Sequence record: OQ921725.1
Reading direction: 5' to 3' (one strand)
Length of the DNA stretch: 64,000 nt
Position numbers and translations under genes: made by a program. Shown here one piece after another: positions 35,132-44,062 of the stretch (the stretch's first letter is position 1; each line of letters opens with the position of its first letter). The notes beneath the pieces are model-generated. The model worked only from the letters and a program-made list of their open reading frames with translations. It was not told where the DNA came from and made no database searches.

Positions 35132-35590
35132 TCAGACCGCGTTGCGCATGCGGTACTTGTTGTCCCGGTTCGGTTCCTCTCCGGGCTCCAGAATCCACAG
35201 GGCCTGGATGAACACCCGGCCCCCGCTGTACAGGTCGAGCCGCAGGCCGTAGCGGATGCCCCGGTCCCGGGTCTCGCTGTACCGGACGATCTCGCTGATG
35301 TGCTCACCGAGGTTCTGGCCGATCCAGCAGGCGATGGACGCCTCGACGTCGGCGCAGACGAGCCTGTCGGGAGCGGCGGCCACGGCCGATGGGTAGGCGG
35401 CAGGGTTTCCGGTACCGGCCATCAGGCCGTCCTCCTGCGTGGCCACCTGCCAGGCGATGCGGGCGCCATGCTGGCCCGTGACGATGAAGCCGTGCTCCAC
35501 ACCGGAACCCGGCTTGCCCTCGGCCGGTTTCACCGAGGCGCCTTCGATCTTCAACTCCCGGAGCGCATCCGGGAATTCGCTGGCCTTCAC
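35132..35590 (-). CDS. hypothetical protein
   Basis: GGAAAGGGAGAAG RBS before GTG 35590. Confidence 0.75.
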   Translation of the reverse strand: MKASEFPDALRELKIEGASVKPAEGKPGSGVEHGFIVTGQHGARIAWQVATQEDGLMAGTGNPAAYPSAVAAAPDRLVCADVEASIACWIGQNLGEHISEIVRYSETRDRGIRYGLRLDLYSGGRVFIQALWILEPGEEPNRDNKYRMRNAV

Positions 35591-35605
35591 GCTTCTCCCT
35601 TTCCT

Positions 35606-35652
35606 TGACCTAGGCCATCGTACAGCGAAGGGGCCCGCCGTCAAGCGGGCCC
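35606..35652 (-). promoter_or_regulatory. promoter TTGACG-N16-TACGAT plus operator TGGCCTAGGTCA; -35 lies in a hairpin loop
   Basis: TGACCTAGGCCA 35606-35617; GGGCCCGC-CGTCAA-GCGGGCCC 35631-35652. Confidence 0.75.
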
Positions 35653-35679
35653 CTCGGTATCCGGCCAGCCTCGGCCGGA

Positions 35680-35907
35680 TCAGTCCTTCTCTTCCCCAGT
35701 CAGTGAGTCGATCAGGAAGTCGGCGGCGAAGATCTTCTCCCGGGTGATGCGGACCTGGCCGGTCAGCTTCGCCTCGATCTCGTCCTCGCTCTGTGCCATC
35801 TCGTAACTGGTCGAGCTGTACTCGATCTCGACCGCCAGTCCCGGAACCAGGTTGATCCAGCTCCGGTCCTTGCCGCCGACCTCGTCGGCGTCGTCACCCC
35901 ATCTCAC
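35680..35907 (-). CDS. hypothetical acidic protein
   Basis: GTG 35907 coupled to upstream stop. Confidence 0.6.
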   Translation of the reverse strand: MRWGDDADEVGGKDRSWINLVPGLAVEIEYSSTSYEMAQSEDEIEAKLTGQVRITREKIFAADFLIDSLTGEEKD

Positions 35908-36263
35908 TTGCACTCCCCGAGGTGGTTGAGGTGCCTCGGGCAGCGGCTCCCGGACTCGGTGCGGCCCTCGCAGTACCGGTCCGGGTCCTCCGGGAGGTCG
36001 TCCGAGGTGATGTGCAGCACCTTCGTGGCGCTGAGGATCTGCTGGTACTCCAGCGGGGGCGTGGTGTGGTTCATGCGGCGCTGCTCGCACTGCTCGTGCG
36101 CCCGCTCCCGGACCGACCGTGCAAACGTGTCGGCCATCCGGGAATCGGTGCCCTCCGCCATGAGGGCGCCCGCGACGGCCGCCATCAGGGCCTCGGTGCT
36201 GTGCACCCGGTATCCCGGATCACCCTGCTTGACCCGGACCGTCCAGCTCCAGTGGTGCGTCAC
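35904..36263 (-). CDS. hypothetical protein with C-terminal Cys/His motif
   Basis: C.....SGSRCPRH..H.G.C. Confidence 0.7.
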   Translation of the reverse strand: MTHHWSWTVRVKQGDPGYRVHSTEALMAAVAGALMAEGTDSRMADTFARSVRERAHEQCEQRRMNHTTPPLEYQQILSATKVLHITSDDLPEDPDRYCEGRTESGSRCPRHLNHLGECK

Positions 36264-36748
36264 TTCTCGTCCTCCCACCAGGCCAGCAGGTCGCTGCCGT
36301 CCTTCAGCTCCGTGATGACCCGGTCGGGGTAGCTGCCGCCCTCCGAGAGGCAGTGCGCCACGCCCTCAGCGAGCGCGGCTGAGCGCTCCAGGCCGATCCC
36401 CTCACTGCCGACCAGGATGCCCATCAGGTAGGCCACCAGCGGCGCCTCGCTCGTCGCCCGGAAGGCGGGACCGGGATCCCCGGCCTTCTTCACGAGGTAG
36501 GCCCGGCCCGGCACTTGGCGTCCGCGCTCCCGCCAGACCAGCATCTCGCCGATGCTGGCCAACTTCACGCCCTGCACCTCGTCGGAGGGCAGGGCGTCGG
36601 CCCGGCGCAGCACCTCGTCCGCCTTCTCCTGCACGGAGACCGGCTCGTTGAACCCGGCGGCCAGCAGGACGCCGATGATGAGGCCCTTCACCTCTTCCGT
36701 GTTCCCGCTCAGCACCCGGCCGTTGTTCACCGTCAGCCCGTACCTCAT
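36260..36748 (-). CDS. hypothetical protein with internal duplication
   Basis: Two similar halves (L.VNNG...LIIGVLLAAG / LVKKAG...YLMGILVGSEG). Confidence 0.7.
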   Translation of the reverse strand: MRYGLTVNNGRVLSGNTEEVKGLIIGVLLAAGFNEPVSVQEKADEVLRRADALPSDEVQGVKLASIGEMLVWRERGRQVPGRAYLVKKAGDPGPAFRATSEAPLVAYLMGILVGSEGIGLERSAALAEGVAHCLSEGGSYPDRVITELKDGSDLLAWWEDEK

Positions 36749-37047
36749 GCCTTGACCTCCTCGGCCAGCAGCCAGCGGCCCGGTGTGGGCAGCGTCGTCC
36801 GATAGGAACCCCGCAGCAGTGCGTCGGTGACCTTGCTGCGGATGATCGCCAGCTCGTCCTGGTCGGCGACCCCGTGCTGCTCGAAGACCGTCATGATCTG
36901 GTCAATGGTCACGGCCAGCCCTTCGGTCTCCCGCCCCGGGTGCAGCAGGTCGGCGGGCACGGGGTCGTCCGGCTTCGGGGCGGCCGGATTCCCGGCCTGC
37001 GCACCGAGCGGGGGCGGGTCCTGGAACACCCAGAATCTGTACTTCAT
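36745..37047 (-). CDS. hypothetical protein
   Basis: GGAGGAG RBS before ATG 37047. Confidence 0.7.
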   Translation of the reverse strand: MKYRFWVFQDPPPLGAQAGNPAAPKPDDPVPADLLHPGRETEGLAVTIDQIMTVFEQHGVADQDELAIIRSKVTDALLRGSYRTTLPTPGRWLLAEEVKA

Positions 37048-37122
37048 GATCTTTTCTCCTCCGTTCCGATGATCCACCGAGGGGCACGGACCGAAGTCCG
37101 TGCTCCCCGGAAGCCGACCGGC

Positions 37123-37458
37123 TCAGATCTTGCAGGTGTACAGGGTGTTCGACTCCAGGGCCGTCGGCCGCAGGGCCTCGACCTCCATCTCCGGGCCGTC
37201 CTCCCCGTCCGCCACGACCAGCGTGCAGCGGATCAGCTCCCGGCTGCCCGGCAGCAGGACGTAGAGGTCGTGAGCCATCTCCCGCAGGGGGGCCCCGTCC
37301 TCCCGCATGGCCCGCGCCCACGCCTTCACGGCGTCCAGGTAGATGATCCCGTGGAAGCCGTCGTTCTGGGTGAAGTGGAACACCGGCTCCCGGGTGGGCG
37401 CCTGCATGTGCAGGCCGTTCCCGCAGGTGACGTTGGGGATGTCGATCATCTTGGCCAC
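37123..37458 (-). CDS. hypothetical protein
   Basis: GAGGAGAAG RBS. Confidence 0.7.
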   Translation of the reverse strand: MAKMIDIPNVTCGNGLHMQAPTREPVFHFTQNDGFHGIIYLDAVKAWARAMREDGAPLREMAHDLYVLLPGSRELIRCTLVVADGEDGPEMEVEALRPTALESNTLYTCKI

Positions 37459-37773
37459 TTACTTCTCCTCTTCCGGATGGGACTCGCGCGCCCACGGCCT
37501 GCCCCAGTTGTCCAGCAGGTACGTGAGCGTGTCCCGCAGCTCGGTCATGCGCTGCTTGTCCAGGGCCAGGTCGTCGCAGCCGTCCCTCAGTTCCCACGGC
37601 TGCGGGTCCTGGCGCGGGTCGACGAAGTACAGGTTGTCGGACCCGTCCGCCTGGTACATGTCGAAGGTGTACTCGCTGTGGCCGTAAGGCCCCAGGTACG
37701 TCCACTTCAGGTCGAGCGCGCCCGGCTCGGGCCGCTTGCCGACCTCCTCGGGCTTCCTGCCGAAGGCGCTCAC
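37459..37773 (-). CDS. hypothetical protein
   Basis: GTG 37773 coupled. Confidence 0.7.
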   Translation of the reverse strand: MSAFGRKPEEVGKRPEPGALDLKWTYLGPYGHSEYTFDMYQADGSDNLYFVDPRQDPQPWELRDGCDDLALDKQRMTELRDTLTYLLDNWGRPWARESHPEEEK

Positions 37774-38099
37774 TCGTCCACGCCCCTGATCCGGTACACG
37801 ACCTGGCCCTTGACGACGATCTCGGCGCCGCCGCCCGTACCGGTCAGCCTGCGCACGTGGCAGTGCTGGGGGAACGGCATCTTCTCGGTCTTCACCTGGA
37901 TGAAGTCCCACGCCTCCTCGATCCGGAGGTCACCCTGCTCGATGTCGTACAGCGTCGAGCCGATGTAGTCCGGGTGCGCGAGTGCCATCGCCCCGGACTT
38001 CACGATCACGAAGATCACCGGCACTTCGTCCGGGTCGACCCACACCGTCGGGTGCAGGACGTTCGTGCCGTCGCGGTCGGTGATGCGGATGCCTGCCAT
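37770..38099 (-). CDS. hypothetical protein
   Basis: GGGGAGG RBS before ATG 38099. Confidence 0.7.
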   Translation of the reverse strand: MAGIRITDRDGTNVLHPTVWVDPDEVPVIFVIVKSGAMALAHPDYIGSTLYDIEQGDLRIEEAWDFIQVKTEKMPFPQHCHVRRLTGTGGGAEIVVKGQVVYRIRGVDE

Positions 38100-38101
38100 G
38101 C

Positions 38102-38422
38102 TCAGATCCTCCCCGGCCGGATGGCCAGCTTGTCGTGCTCGTTGAACGCGACCTCGGCCTCGCTCCAGAACAGGCCCCGGCGGCTGTCGATACGCAGCCA
38201 CCGGCCGTCGAGCGACGTGGCCCGCATCAGGTGGACGTTGTAGGCGTCCGGGTCGCCGTTGTGCTCGGGGCTGGTGTCGTACGTGATGACGAAGGCGAAG
38301 TAGCCCGGCGTCTTCGCCAGAACCAGGTTCGGCTGCCACCCCAGGAAGCTGCCCTTGATCACGGGCATCCCTTCCACCCGGGTCGGTGCCTCCTTGACGC
38401 GCAGCTTGTCCTCGTTGCCCAT
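38102..38422 (-). CDS. hypothetical protein
   Basis: GGGGAG RBS. Confidence 0.7.
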   Translation of the reverse strand: MGNEDKLRVKEAPTRVEGMPVIKGSFLGWQPNLVLAKTPGYFAFVITYDTSPEHNGDPDAYNVHLMRATSLDGRWLRIDSRRGLFWSEAEVAFNEHDKLAIRPGRI

Positions 38423-38425
38423 GCC

Positions 38426-38770
38426 CTACTCCCCGTCCCATCCGAAGGTGATCGACGACCAGTCCACGCCGCCGAAGTGGAAGCTGCCGGTCTTCAGCTC
38501 GTCGTGCTCCCAGGCCGACTTGATCCAGTCCCGAATCGCTTCCTTCAGGTTCTCCTGGCACTTGGCCGGGTCCGCCTCGCAGTCGTGGTCCGGGTCCAGG
38601 ACGCAGCCGCCCTCCTCCCAGCCCTCCATCCCGCTCGGCTCTTTCCCGGTGCGGTCCATCTCGCCCTCGACGGCCTGCCAGATGCCCTCCCAGGAGGGTG
38701 CGTTGAACTCCTCGCTGCTCTCCAGTCTGTGATCGACGCCGTACCGCTCGACCTTGATCCGGTGACCCAT
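38426..38770 (-). CDS. hypothetical acidic protein
   Basis: ATG 38770 coupled; C...DH.C....C motif. Confidence 0.7.
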   Translation of the reverse strand: MGHRIKVERYGVDHRLESSEEFNAPSWEGIWQAVEGEMDRTGKEPSGMEGWEEGGCVLDPDHDCEADPAKCQENLKEAIRDWIKSAWEHDELKTGSFHFGGVDWSSITFGWDGE

Positions 38771-38979
38771 CAGTCCGTCTCCTCCAGGTACACGTAGACC
38801 GTGTTGCTCAGGGTGGCCTCGTCGGCGTCCTGACCGACGTGGTGCACCGTCCATGTACCGGAGTGCAGGCCCGTCGTGTTGATCGTGGACCCGATCTGCG
38901 GCACGTGACCGGCGGTCACCGAGTTCTGCGACCGAGGCCGATTCCCCTGCCTCGGGAAGCACAGCACCAGCGTGAACAT
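38770..38979 (-). CDS. hypothetical protein
   Basis: GGAAGGGAGAAG RBS before ATG 38979. Confidence 0.65.
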   Translation of the reverse strand: MFTLVLCFPRQGNRPRSQNSVTAGHVPQIGSTINTTGLHSGTWTVHHVGQDADEATLSNTVYVYLEETD

Positions 38980-39054
38980 CCTCTTCTCCCTTCCGTTTCC
39001 ACCGGGCTGACCCGGACTCCACGGGGCCCCCATCGGAGGCCCCGCAGGGCTCGC

Positions 39055-39462
39055 TCAGAACGGCGCCGTGATGCGCGGGATGGCGAACTCGCTGTCCCGT
39101 TCCGTCTCGACGGTGACCCCGAAGCTGCGCAGCGCCCGGACCGACTCGATGGCCAGCTCCTTCGCCTGCGCGTCGGTCACGTCCTCCCGGTCGATGCGGC
39201 CCTGCGGCAGGTCGCCCCAGTCCACGCCCCGGATGAAGCGCTCGGCGCTCACCAGGTCCGTGAGGTCCCGGTCGACGGGCACCACCCGGACGATGACGAA
39301 CTGCCAGTCCCCGCCGTCGAACGCGGCCAGGTCTTCCTCGCTGTACCCCTCCAGCAGGACCGGGCTGGCCACCCCGTCCCGCTTCAGCTCGACCTTGAAG
39401 TCCATGTTCCGGACGCCCCACCGGGCACCCGGAACCGTCCACCAGTCCAGCAGGTCGTTCAC
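39055..39462 (-). CDS. hypothetical acidic protein
   Basis: Y.EED..AF.GG.W.FV.V.V motif. Confidence 0.7.
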   Translation of the reverse strand: MNDLLDWWTVPGARWGVRNMDFKVELKRDGVASPVLLEGYSEEDLAAFDGGDWQFVIVRVVPVDRDLTDLVSAERFIRGVDWGDLPQGRIDREDVTDAQAKELAIESVRALRSFGVTVETERDSEFAIPRITAPF

Positions 39463-39466
39463 TTGA

Positions 39467-39913
39467 TCAGCTCCCGAAGATGAACGTGCCGGACTCGCCC
39501 GCCGGGACCGGCATCACGACGAAGTGCAGGCCGATCGTCGGGGTCATGCCGTCGTCGGCGTACGAGCCCCAGTCGAAGCGGTCCACGCCGCCCGCCTTGT
39601 CGAGCGCGTTGTACAGGCGGCCCAGCTCGGTGTGGTCCCCGGCGTCCTTGGCGTAGGTCTCCAGCGCGTGGCCGACGGTGGCCCCGGAGTGCAGGTAGTT
39701 CTCCTCCATGAACTCCATGACCTTGTCGGCCGGGACGTCCTCGAAGGTGTCCGGGTCGTCCTTGATCAGCTCGGCGGCGGCGAGCACCGCCCACTTGCCG
39801 TACTTCCCGATCGCCTCGACCACGTGATCGGCCGCCGGGTTGGCGCCCGCCCGGTAGGTCCCGCTCTCGTGCGCCGTCACCACGTCGGCGGCCACGTTCC
39901 TGAAGCTGTCCAC
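39467..39913 (-). CDS. ArdA-like antirestriction (DNA-mimic) protein, tentative
   Basis: Acidic; F.E.Y....  ...RFDW.SYA.D ... G.FIF resembles the ArdA C-terminal YFDYEAYARD...GYVF pattern. Confidence 0.45.
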   Translation of the reverse strand: MDSFRNVAADVVTAHESGTYRAGANPAADHVVEAIGKYGKWAVLAAAELIKDDPDTFEDVPADKVMEFMEENYLHSGATVGHALETYAKDAGDHTELGRLYNALDKAGGVDRFDWGSYADDGMTPTIGLHFVVMPVPAGESGTFIFGS

Positions 39914-39916
39914 GTT

Positions 39917-40219
39917 CTACTTCCCCTCGCTCCGAAGGCGCCCGGCGTTCCGCGCCTGCGCCATCATGTCCTCGAACACCTCGTCGGCGTTCAGGTTGTT
40001 GTGCCGGAGCCGCATCTCCTCGACGGACTCCATCAGCACTCGGGCCTTCTCCGGGCCCGGCATCTTCTGCGCCAGCTCCCGACCGGCCAGCCGGACGATC
40101 TCCGAGGCAGTCGCCTCGATGCTCGACAGCTTCCCGCCGTTCTGCATGTACGTGAGGACGCCGATGGCGTAGCCGATCGCCGTCTCCTCGTACTCGTCAC
40201 CCTTCTCGTCCGCCACCAC
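39917..40219 (-). CDS. hypothetical protein
   Basis: GAGGGA RBS. Confidence 0.7.
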   Translation of the reverse strand: MVADEKGDEYEETAIGYAIGVLTYMQNGGKLSSIEATASEIVRLAGRELAQKMPGPEKARVLMESVEEMRLRHNNLNADEVFEDMMAQARNAGRLRSEGK

Positions 40220-40228
40220 AGGCGTCCC

Positions 40229-40582
40229 TCACTTCCGACTGTCGACGCTGTTCCAGTACGCGTCGATCTCCTTCTTCATGGCCTGGTCGAAGTCCCGCTT
40301 GCTGCGGGCCGTCCAGTTCGTCCGGGCGCCGGGCAGTAGCTCGGTGAAGTCCGCCCGGGTGAAGATCCGGGGCGTTCCGTCACCGTTGCGCCACACGATG
40401 CCGACGTACGCCTGCAACAGGTCCGCCCGGCGCACGAACTCGTCCAGCGTGGAGCGGTCGAGCCGGGGGATCCCGATTCCCATCTCGTTCAGCACCAGGA
40501 ACGCCTGCTGCACCGGGCTCAGGTCGGCGGCCGGGTCCTGGTCGATCCCGTCGGGCTTCTTGAAGGCGTAGCTCACCGGCAT
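40229..40582 (-). CDS. hypothetical protein (paralog of 32152-32487)
   Basis: DEFVRRADLL motif; GAAGGAGAAG RBS. Confidence 0.75.
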   Translation of the reverse strand: MPVSYAFKKPDGIDQDPAADLSPVQQAFLVLNEMGIGIPRLDRSTLDEFVRRADLLQAYVGIVWRNGDGTPRIFTRADFTELLPGARTNWTARSKRDFDQAMKKEIDAYWNSVDSRK

Positions 40583-40673
40583 GTTCTTCTCCTTCTCCGT
40601 ACTGACGGGACTCGTCAGGGCGGTCCTGTTCCGCCTACCGGGAGCCCTTCCCAGGGGCCCGGTTTCGTCCGTG

Positions 40674-40982
40674 TCAGACCGTCCAGTCCAGGTCGTCGAA
40701 CAGGCCCCGGAGGACGTCCTGCGCATGCTCGGGAACGTGAGTGTCACCGAACACCGGGTAGTCCACGACCGGGATCACGGCGAGGATCCGGGAAGCGTCG
40801 TCCCGAGCCGTGACGAAGGCCCGGCGCCGCCCCTTCAGTTCCTCGTGCGCGGCCTTGACCGCCCGCTCCAGGGCGTGCGGCCCGGAGATCGGTGCCGATG
40901 TACCGAAGGTGGAGTTCGGTCCCGGGTCGACGACCGTGGAGTGGACGATGTAGTGCGTGGTGTCGCGGGTCAGCTCGGCCAT
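40674..40982 (-). CDS. hypothetical protein
   Basis: GAGGAG RBS. Confidence 0.7.
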   Translation of the reverse strand: MAELTRDTTHYIVHSTVVDPGPNSTFGTSAPISGPHALERAVKAAHEELKGRRRAFVTARDDASRILAVIPVVDYPVFGDTHVPEHAQDVLRGLFDDLDWTV

Positions 40983-40993
40983 CCCGGATCTCC

Positions 40994-41341
40994 TCAGAAG
41001 TCGTGCGGGTAGTCGGTCGGCATCGGGTCACCGGGGCCGATCAGCTTGGGCGGGTGCACGTAGGACAGGCCCGCCTGGTTGTACCGGTACAGCTCGACCT
41101 TCTCGGCCCGGTCGTACTCCTCCCGGCGCTGGTTCCAGTCGGGCCGCTCCAGCTCCAGATCGGCCTTCGGAATCTTCATCGCTTCGCGCAGGGACTCGTT
41201 GTAAGCGTTGCGGTACTCCACCGCCCGGCCGTGCCCCTCCTCCGTGTTCGGGAAGCGGTACACCGTGTGCACCTGGCCCGGCTCACCGGCCACCACGTCC
41301 ACAAACTCGGCCGTGCGCCGGTACTCGTCCATCTGCTGCAT
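40994..41341 (-). CDS. hypothetical protein
   Basis: GGAGGAGG RBS. Confidence 0.75.
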   Translation of the reverse strand: MQQMDEYRRTAEFVDVVAGEPGQVHTVYRFPNTEEGHGRAVEYRNAYNESLREAMKIPKADLELERPDWNQRREEYDRAEKVELYRYNQAGLSYVHPPKLIGPGDPMPTDYPHDF

Positions 41342-41390
41342 GCCGTTCCTCCTCCGGCCCCGGGGTTCTCCCGGGGCCCTCGAATCCTAC

Positions 41391-41402
41391 TGACCTAGGC
41401 CG
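41391..41402. promoter_or_regulatory. palindromic operator TGACCTAGGCCG
   Basis: Intergenic, immediately upstream of minus-strand TAGGAT. Confidence 0.7.
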
Positions 41403-41417
41403 TGAAGTTCCAGTTCT

Positions 41418-41762
41418 TCAGGACTGTTTGCCGAAGAGTCCGCCCCATGGGCCGTGCTTCTCGTGCAGCTCCCGGTCCAGTGCGTCGGATGCGAACTCCC
41501 ACGCACTCAGGAAGTTCTTGATCCAGCCCTCGGTACGGCCGGACTCCTGCGCCATCAGCCGCTCGGTCTCCCCGCCCTCCGGGTCCCGCTCGTCATCGGG
41601 GATGTCGAGCGCGAGGTCGAGCGCCCGGTCCAGCAGATCCAGCAGGGCGTGAACCTCGGGAACTGTGAGGCTGAAGAGCGGGGCCAGCCGCTGCTCGATG
41701 ATCTCCTGCCGGGTCCCGGCGACCGATTCGCCGGGATCACAGGTGCAGCTCAGCTCAGCCAC
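41418..41762 (-). CDS. hypothetical acidic protein
   Basis: ORF, overlap with upstream gene. Confidence 0.7.
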   Translation of the reverse strand: MAELSCTCDPGESVAGTRQEIIEQRLAPLFSLTVPEVHALLDLLDRALDLALDIPDDERDPEGGETERLMAQESGRTEGWIKNFLSAWEFASDALDRELHEKHGPWGGLFGKQS

Positions 41763-42291
41763 GCTGGACCACCGTGCACCCGCACGGCGAGACCGTCGGG
41801 TTCGTGCAGACCTGGCGGTCCTTCTCGGCCAGGCCCCACGCGCCGGAGGCCGCCGTCCAGCCCCGCTCGTACACGGTCCCGGAGTCGTGCACCCGGTACA
41901 TGTTGTTCGGGTGGTACGGCTTGACCAGGGAGTGGACGTAGATGTCCGACCCTCCCTTGTGTCCCAGCAGGGCGTCCCGGATCAGGCCGATGTCCATCTC
42001 GTCGAGCCACTTCAGCCGGTCGGCGGGCGACTTGCGGCCCTCGGTCAGCGTCTCGTACAGCTCGGTCACCCGGGCCTCGTCGCCGTCGATGTCGATCCAC
42101 GCCTTGATCCCCCGGCTGCGGTCCTCCGGGAAGACGAAGTCGGAGATCCAGCAGGCGAGCTGGTCGTCGCCGTACTCGAACGCCTCGTGGTGCGGCGGGA
42201 TCTTCTCCCCCTCGGCGATGCCGCGCAGGAAGTCGGCCAGCCGGGGCTCGCCCCAGATCCAGTGGATGATCCGTACCGTCGTCTCGTTCAT
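41755..42291 (-). CDS. hypothetical protein
   Basis: GGAGAGGGAGAAG RBS before ATG 42291. Confidence 0.7.
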   Translation of the reverse strand: MNETTVRIIHWIWGEPRLADFLRGIAEGEKIPPHHEAFEYGDDQLACWISDFVFPEDRSRGIKAWIDIDGDEARVTELYETLTEGRKSPADRLKWLDEMDIGLIRDALLGHKGGSDIYVHSLVKPYHPNNMYRVHDSGTVYERGWTAASGAWGLAEKDRQVCTNPTVSPCGCTVVQRG

Positions 42292-42305
42292 CTTCTCCCT
42301 CTCCT

Positions 42306-43277
42306 TCAGCCCTCGGCTCGGGCCTTGTCGACTTCCTTCACGGCCTTGTCCCGCAGCGGGACGATCACCGCTTCGATCTGCTCGGCGGTCGGTTCGGTAC
42401 CGACCTCCAAACCGTTCTCCTTCCAGGCCACGGCCCGGCCCAGATGCTGGATGTTCCGCTCGTGGGCGCCGTCGTCGTCGCCCCAGGCGTATGCGTACCA
42501 GCACTCCCGCTTCAGCTCGGAGCGGGCGGTGCGCAAGGTCTTCACGACCGAGCCCTTCTGCTTGCCGTCGCGGCCCATCTCGTCCCGCAGGGGCGTGCCG
42601 TCGGGCTGCGTGATCGCGTTCAGCGCGGCCTTGGCCTTCTTCTCCGCCCGGCGCTTGGCCTCCGCCTCCCTGGCCTCGGCCCGCTCGATCTCCTCGGAGG
42701 TCAGCATCACCGACTTGGGCACGGCCACGTTCTCGCCCTTGTCCCGCCGGGCAACCGGTGCGTCCGGGTAGCAGATGGTGCAGGCCCGCTCCCCGGCGGC
42801 CTCGACGATCTCGGCCATGATCTTCCCGGAGTAGTCGATCATCCAGGAGAACCGGGTCGGGAACTCCCCCCGGTTGCACGACGAGCAGTTCATCGAGCTG
42901 TGCACGTGCCCGTCGGTGACCAGGTAGGCCCGGGACCATCCGCCCCGGCGGCCGAACTCGTTCTCCAGCTTGGCCAGTACGGTGCCGTCCAGTTCGGCAA
43001 CTGCACCCTTCGCCCGGTTCACCCGGTCGAGCGCCTTGCGTCCCCGCTCGGTCCCGGCCGCCTTGTCCTGCACCTCCTGGTGACCCAGGCGCCACGTCTG
43101 TGCGCTGACCCGGCGGTCGCCCACGGCGTAGTGCACCTCGTTCCAGGCGGCGTACACGTCCTCCAGCAGCTCGTACCGCCGGTCCCAGACGGCGGCGAAC
43201 AGCTCGTCCACCTCCGGCGGGGTCATGCCCTTGAGCTGCTGCGGGGTGGTCTGTTCGGCGTCCCTGATCGTCTTCAC
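42306..43277 (-). CDS. conserved actinophage-type Cys/His protein
   Basis: GGWSR.YLV..GHVH..M.C.SC....T.F.W...SG....IV...G..AC..CYPDAPV. Confidence 0.8.
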   Translation of the reverse strand: MKTIRDAEQTTPQQLKGMTPPEVDELFAAVWDRRYELLEDVYAAWNEVHYAVGDRRVSAQTWRLGHQEVQDKAAGTERGRKALDRVNRAKGAVAELDGTVLAKLENEFGRRGGWSRAYLVTDGHVHSSMNCSSCNRGEFPTRFSWMIDYSGKIMAEIVEAAGERACTICYPDAPVARRDKGENVAVPKSVMLTSEEIERAEAREAEAKRRAEKKAKAALNAITQPDGTPLRDEMGRDGKQKGSVVKTLRTARSELKRECWYAYAWGDDDGAHERNIQHLGRAVAWKENGLEVGTEPTAEQIEAVIVPLRDKAVKEVDKARAEG

Positions 43278-43302
43278 GCTTCTCTCTCCTTCCGTCCGGT
43301 GT

Positions 43303-43344
43303 GCACTGGGCGCCGGGAACCCGTGGACCCCCGGCGCCTCGAAC
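43303..43344 (-). repeat. family-1 intergenic hairpin
   Basis: GCACTGG-GCGCCGGG..CCCGGCGC-CTCGAAC. Confidence 0.6.
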
Positions 43345-43352
43345 GCACCGGC

Positions 43353-43796
43353 TCAGAACCGCTTGCCGTCCCAGTCGATGAACTTCTTCGGGTCGTACGA
43401 CCGGATCCAGGCGAGTGCCGCCGCCTCGGCCACGGCCACGCGCTGCTCGTCCGTCCCGGGCCCGATGAACGAGTCCAGCGACTCGTACTTGATCTCCGAC
43501 CAGGTCGGGTCCCACTCGTCGGCATCCCCGGCGGCGTCGTCGTCGATCTCGAACCAGACCTGCGACTCGATCCCGAGGTTGCCCAGGTCCGGGCCGTAGC
43601 CCATGTGGACCTCGATCGATCCGACCTTCGCCTCGATCGGCCGCTCGGGGGCGTGGGCGTAGGCGTACACCGTGACCCGGGCGCCGGGGTAGTCCGGGTT
43701 CACGAACCGGACGCTGGCCGCCTTCCCGATCTGCGTGTCACCGCCCACGTCGCCGTCGTCCGACCAGACCTGACCGTGCTGCGTCCACTCACCCAT
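43353..43796 (-). CDS. hypothetical acidic protein
   Basis: GGAGAGG RBS. Confidence 0.75.
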   Translation of the reverse strand: MGEWTQHGQVWSDDGDVGGDTQIGKAASVRFVNPDYPGARVTVYAYAHAPERPIEAKVGSIEVHMGYGPDLGNLGIESQVWFEIDDDAAGDADEWDPTWSEIKYESLDSFIGPGTDEQRVAVAEAAALAWIRSYDPKKFIDWDGKRF

Positions 43797-43824
43797 GATC
43801 TTCTGCCTCTCCGTCGTCCTGGTC

Positions 43825-44046
43825 TCAGTCCCGGGGGCCCGGCTGCTGCGGGACCTTCGGCGTCTGCGGCGGGGGCGTCTGGGGCCCCGGCTGCTGCGGG
43901 ATGCGGCCCGTGACGACGGGCGTGGCCAGCCGGTTCACGGTGCACGGGTTCGAGCACTGCGACGTGCACGAGTGGTTCCATTCGGCGCGGATCTCGATCG
44001 TCCCGTTCAGCTCCGGCGCCCGTTCCTTCGTGAGCGTGAGGGTCAC
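43825..44046 (-). CDS. small protein with Cys motif and Pro/Gln repeat tail
   Basis: HSC..QC..PC; PQQPGP repeated. Confidence 0.65.
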   Translation of the reverse strand: MTLTLTKERAPELNGTIEIRAEWNHSCTSQCSNPCTVNRLATPVVTGRIPQQPGPQTPPPQTPKVPQQPGPRD

Positions 44047-44062
44047 GTCCCACTCCCTTCTC

